From contig OZ024743.1 in NCBI GenBank assembly GCA_964016885.1, positions 142,166,001 through 142,230,000 of the forward strand: DNA of 64,000 nucleotides, written 5' to 3'. Origin of the DNA: Eledone cirrhosa (taxonomy: Eukaryota). A program made the translations under genes and the position numbers. Numbering within the stretch: the first letter of the stretch is position 1; every line of letters begins with the position of its first letter. Below, piece by piece: positions 59,701 through 64,000 of the stretch. The notes below the pieces were generated by a model. That model had not been told where the DNA came from. It saw only the letters and a list, made by a program, of their open reading frames with translations, and made no database searches.

Positions 59701-62700
59701 AGCACCAAGCAGCAAGCACCAAACACCAAGCACCAAGCACCAAGCACCAAGCACCAAGCACCAAACACCAAGCACCAAGCACCAAACAGCAAGCACCAAA
59801 CACCAAGCACCAAACTCCAAGCACCAAACAACAAACACATAGCACCAAGCACCAAACACCAAACACCAAGCACTAAGCACCAAACACCAAACAACAAGCA
59901 CCAAACACCAAGCACCAAGCACCAAACACCAAACACCAAGATCCAAAGACCGAGCACCAAGCACCAAGCACCAAGCACCAAACAATAAGCACCAAGCACC
60001 AAACACCAAGCACCAAGCACCAAACACCAACCACCCAGCACCAAGCACCAAGCACCAAACACCAAGCACCAAACACCAAACACCAAGCACCAAGCACCAA
60101 GCACGAAGCACCAAACACCAAGCACCAAGCACTAAGCACCAAACACCAAGCCCCAAGCACCAAGCACCAAACACCAAACACCAAGCACCAAGAACCAAAC
60201 ACCAAGCACCAAGCACCAAGCACCTAGCACCAAACACCAAGCAGCAAGCAGCAAGCACCAAAGACCAAACACGAAGCACCAAGCACCAAACACCAAGCAC
60301 CAAGGACCAAACATCAAACACCAAGCACCAAGCACCAAACACCTAACACCAAGCACCAAGCACCAAGCACCAAGCACCGAACACCAAGCACCAAACACCA
60401 AGCACCAAACACCAATCACCAAGCACCAAACACCAAGCACCAAACAACAAGCACCAAGCACCAAGCACCAAACACCAAGCACCAGGCACCAAGCACCAAA
60501 CACCAAGCACCATGCACCAAGCACCAAGCCCCAAACACTTAACACCAAGCACCAACCACGAAACACCAAGCACCAAAAACCAAACACCAAGCACCAACTA
60601 CTAAACACCAAGCACCAAGCACCAATCACCAAACACCAAGAACCAAGCACCAAACACCAAGCACCAAGGACCAAGCAACAGGCACCAAGCACCAAGCACC
60701 AAACACAAAACACCAAGCACCAAGCACCAAGCAGCAAACACCAAGCATCAAACACCAAACACCAAACACCAAGCACCAAACACCAAGCACCAACCACCAA
60801 ACACCAAACCCCAAGCACCAAGCACCAAGCACCAAACACCAAACACCAAGCACCAAACACCAAACACCAAGCACCAAGCACCAAACACCAAACAACAAGC
60901 ACCAGGCACCAAGAAACAAACACCAAACACCAAGCAAACAGCATCAAAGACCAAGCACCAAGCACCAAACACCAAACACCAAGCACCAAACACCAGCCCC
61001 CAAGCACCAATCACCAAACACCAAACACCAAGCACTAAGCACCAAACACCAAACAACAAGCAGCAGGCACCAAGCACCAAGCACCAAGCACCAAACACCA
61101 AGCACCAAGCAGCAAGCACCAAACACCAAGCACCAAGCACCAAGCACCAAGCACCAAGCACCAAACACCAAGCACCAAGCACCAAACAGCAAGCACCAAA
61201 CACCAAGCACCAAACACCAAGCACCAAACACCAAACACATAGCACCAAGCACCAAACACCAAACACCAAGCACCAAGCACCAAACACCAAGCACCAAGCA
61301 CCAAGCCCCTAGCACCAAACACCAAACACCAAGCAAAAAGCACAAAACACCAAGCACCAATCACCAAACACCAAACACCAAGCAGCAAGCAGCAAGCACC
61401 AAACACCAAACACCAAACACCAAGCACCAAGCACCAAATACCAAACACCAAGCACCAAGGACCAAACATCAAACACCAAGCACCAAGCACCAAACGCCTA
61501 ACACCAAGCACCAAGCACCAAGCACCAAGCACCAAACACCAAGCACCAATCACCAAACACCAAGCACCAAGCACCAAACACCAAACCACAAGCACCAAAC
61601 ACCAAACACCAAACCCCAAGCACCAAGCACCAAACACTAATCACCAAGCACCAAGCACCAAACAACAAGCACCAAGCACCAAGCACCAGGCACCAAGCAC
61701 CAAGCACCAAACACTAATCACCAAGCACCAAGCACCAAGCACCAAACACCAAGCACCAAGCACCAAGCACCAAACACCAAGCACCAAGCACCAAACACCA
61801 AACACCAAGATCCAAAGACCGAGCACCAAGCACCAAGCACCAAGCACCAAACAATAAGCACCAAGCACCAAACACCAAGCACCAAGCACCAAACACCAAA
61901 CACCCAGCACCAAGCACCAAGCACCAAACACCAAGCACCAAACACCAAACAACAAGCACCAAGCACCAAGCACGAAGCACCAAACACCAAGCACCAAGCA
62001 CTAAGCACCAAACACCAAGCCCCAAGCACCAAGCACCAAACACCAAACACCAAGCACCAAGCACCAAACACCAAGCACCAAGCACCAAGCACCTAGCACC
62101 AAACACCAAGCAGCAAGCACCAAGCACCAAAGACCAAACACCAAGCACCAAGCACCAAACACCAAGCACCAAGGACCAAACATCAAACACCAAGCACCAA
62201 GCACCAAACACCTAACACCAAGCACCAAGCACCAAGCACCAAGCACCGAACACCAAGCACCAAACACCAAGCACCAAACACCAAGCACCAAGCACCAAAC
62301 ACCAAGCACCAAACAACAAGCACCAAGCACCAAGCACCAAACACCAAGCACCAGGCACCAAGCACCAAACACCAAGCACCATGCACCAAGCACCAAGCCC
62401 CAAACACTTAACACCAAGCACCAAGCACGAAACACCAAGCACCAAAAACCAAACACCAAGCACCAACTACTAAACACCAAGCACCAAGCACCAAACACCA
62501 AGCACCAAGCACCAATCACCAAACACCAAGAACCAAGCACTAAACACCAAGCACCAAGGACCAAGCAACAGGCACCAAGCACCAAGCACCAAACACAAAA
62601 CACCAAGCACCAAGCACCAAGCAGCAAACACCAAGCATCAAACACCAAACACCAAACACCAAGCACCAAACACCAAGCACCAACCACCAAACACCAAACC

Positions 62701-63070
62701 CCAAGCACCAAGCACCAAGCACCAAACACCAAACACCAAGCACCAAACACCAAACACCAAGCACCAAGCACCAAACACCAAACAACAAGCACCAGGCACC
62801 AAGCACCAAACACCAAACACCAAGCAAACAGCATCAAAGACCAAGCACCAAGCACCAAACACCAAACACCAAGCACTAAGCACCAAACACCAAACAACAA
62901 GCAGCAGGCACCAAGCACCAAGCACCAAGCACCAAACACCAAGCACCAAGCAGCAAGCACCAAACACCAAGCACCAAGCACCAAGCACCAAGCACCAAGC
63001 ACCAAACACCAAGCACCAAGCACCAAACAGCAAGCACCAAACACCAAGCACCAAACTCCAAGCACCAAAC
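56660..63070 (+). repeat. Tandem duplication of a 3234/3241-bp unit, itself a dimer of ~1862 + ~1372 bp related halves
   Basis: Offsets are 3234 (56898..57776/60132..61010) and 3241 (58400..58756/61641..61997; 59299..59586/62540..62827). The same 84-aa translation appears at 57109, 58971, 60343 and 62212. Confidence 0.92.
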
Positions 63071-64000
63071 ACCAAACACCAAGCACCAAGCACCAAACAC
63101 CAAGCACCAAGCACCAAGCCCCTAGCACCAAACACAAAACACCAAGCAAAAAGCACAAAACACCAAGCACCAATCACCAAACACCAAACACCAAGCAGCA
63201 AGCAGCAAGCACCAAACACCAAACACCAAGCACCAAGCACCAAATACCAAACACCAAGCACCAAGGACCAAACATCAAACACCAAGCACCAAGCACCAAA
63301 CGCCTAACACCAAGCACCAAGCACCAAGCACCAAGCACCAAGCACCAAACACCAAGCACCAATCACCAAACACCAAGCACCAAGCACCAAACACCAAGCA
63401 CCAGGCACCAAGCACCAAAAACCAAGCTCCAAGCACCAAACACCAAGCACCAAACACAAAGCACCAAGCACCAAACACCAAACCCCAAGCACCAAACACC
63501 AAACCTCAAGCACCAAGCACCAAACACTAATCACCAAGCACCAAGCACCAAACAACAAGCACAAAGCACCAAGCACCAGGCACCAAGCACCAAGCACCAA
63601 ACACTAATCACCAAGCACCAAGCACCAAGCACCACACAATAAGCACCAAGCACCAAACACCAAGCACCAAGCACCAAACACCAACCACCCAGCACCAAGC
63701 ACCAAACACCAAGCACCAAACACCAAACACCAAACACCAACCACCAAGCACTAAGCACCAAACACCAAGCACCAAGCACTAAGCACCAAACACCAAGCCC
63801 CAAGCACCAAGCACCAAATACCAAACACCAAGTACCAAGCACCAAACACCAAGCACCAAGCACCAAGCACCTAGCACCAAACACCAAACACCAAGCACCA
63901 AGCACCAAACACCAAGCACCAATCACCAAGCACCAAACACCAAGCAGCAAGCAGCAAGCACCAAACACCAAGCACCAAGAACCAAGCACCAAGCACCAAG

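Larger units (their letters stand above)
1..64000 (+). repeat. Heptamer satellite array, consensus (CACCAAR)n / (YTTGGTG)n, extending beyond both window ends
   Basis: Every line parses into CACCAAG/CACCAAA monomers with scattered single-base variants (CAGCAAG, CAACAAG, CACCAAT, CACTAAT, CCCCAAG, CACCAGG, CATCAAA, GACCAAA, CACCTAA and others). Orientation is constant and the + strand is nearly T-free. Confidence 0.99.

Noticed and set aside
104-63935. CCAAT boxes from CACCAAT monomers as promoters
   Set aside because: This is a single-base variant of the monomer, amplified with the array, with no gene or promoter context.
110-63992. Hundreds of minus-strand 'membrane protein-like' ORFs (WCLVLGA repeats)
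   Set aside because: They overlap in all three frames with the same heptad, start at TTG/GTG codons inherent to the monomer, and have no unique domain. They are translations of the satellite.
1-64000. CRISPR array
   Set aside because: There are no constant 23-47 bp repeats separated by unique spacers, and no leader or cas genes.
1-64000. Canonical G-quadruplex or i-motif array
   Set aside because: The consensus has only GG doublets with 5-nt loops, and G4 runs (from CCCCAAG) are isolated. At most weak two-tier structures are possible, which cannot be supported from sequence.
1-64000. Assignment to a named repeat (Drosophila virilis-group AAACTAC family, cyanobacterial STRR, plant telomere)
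   Set aside because: The unit length is the same but the sequence differs. Short-monomer similarity is uninformative and there is no flanking sequence to identify the taxon.
1-64000. Pure sequencing or basecalling low-complexity artefact
   Set aside because: Rare variants recur in identical multi-kilobase order with nested history and private SNVs, which random basecaller noise would not produce. Local mis-assembly of copy number remains possible.

Overview
The whole 64-kb window is one uninterrupted, single-orientation tandem array of a 7-bp monomer, consensus CACCAAR (CACCAAG/CACCAAA; minus strand YTTGGTG), about 9,100 monomers by length/7. It runs off both ends, and I see no unique sequence, credible gene, RNA gene or mobile element. 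All listed ORFs are translations of the heptamer: (KHQAPST/KHQTPNT)n on + and (WCLVLGA/WCLVFGV)n on -. The structure lies in the variants. The A/G pattern at monomer position 7 and rare point variants act as a barcode. They reveal nested and overlapping tandem duplications with offsets of 420, 840, 1001, ~1400, ~2400-2600, 3012-3340, ~4100, 4330/4393 and 4648-4717 bp. They also reveal two variant domains that meet at a more diverged zone near 37-41 kb. The best reading is an actively recombining, telomere-like (G/T versus C/A strand-biased) simple satellite. The organism cannot be determined from this window. All block boundaries are approximate, read by eye and from ORF-track offsets.
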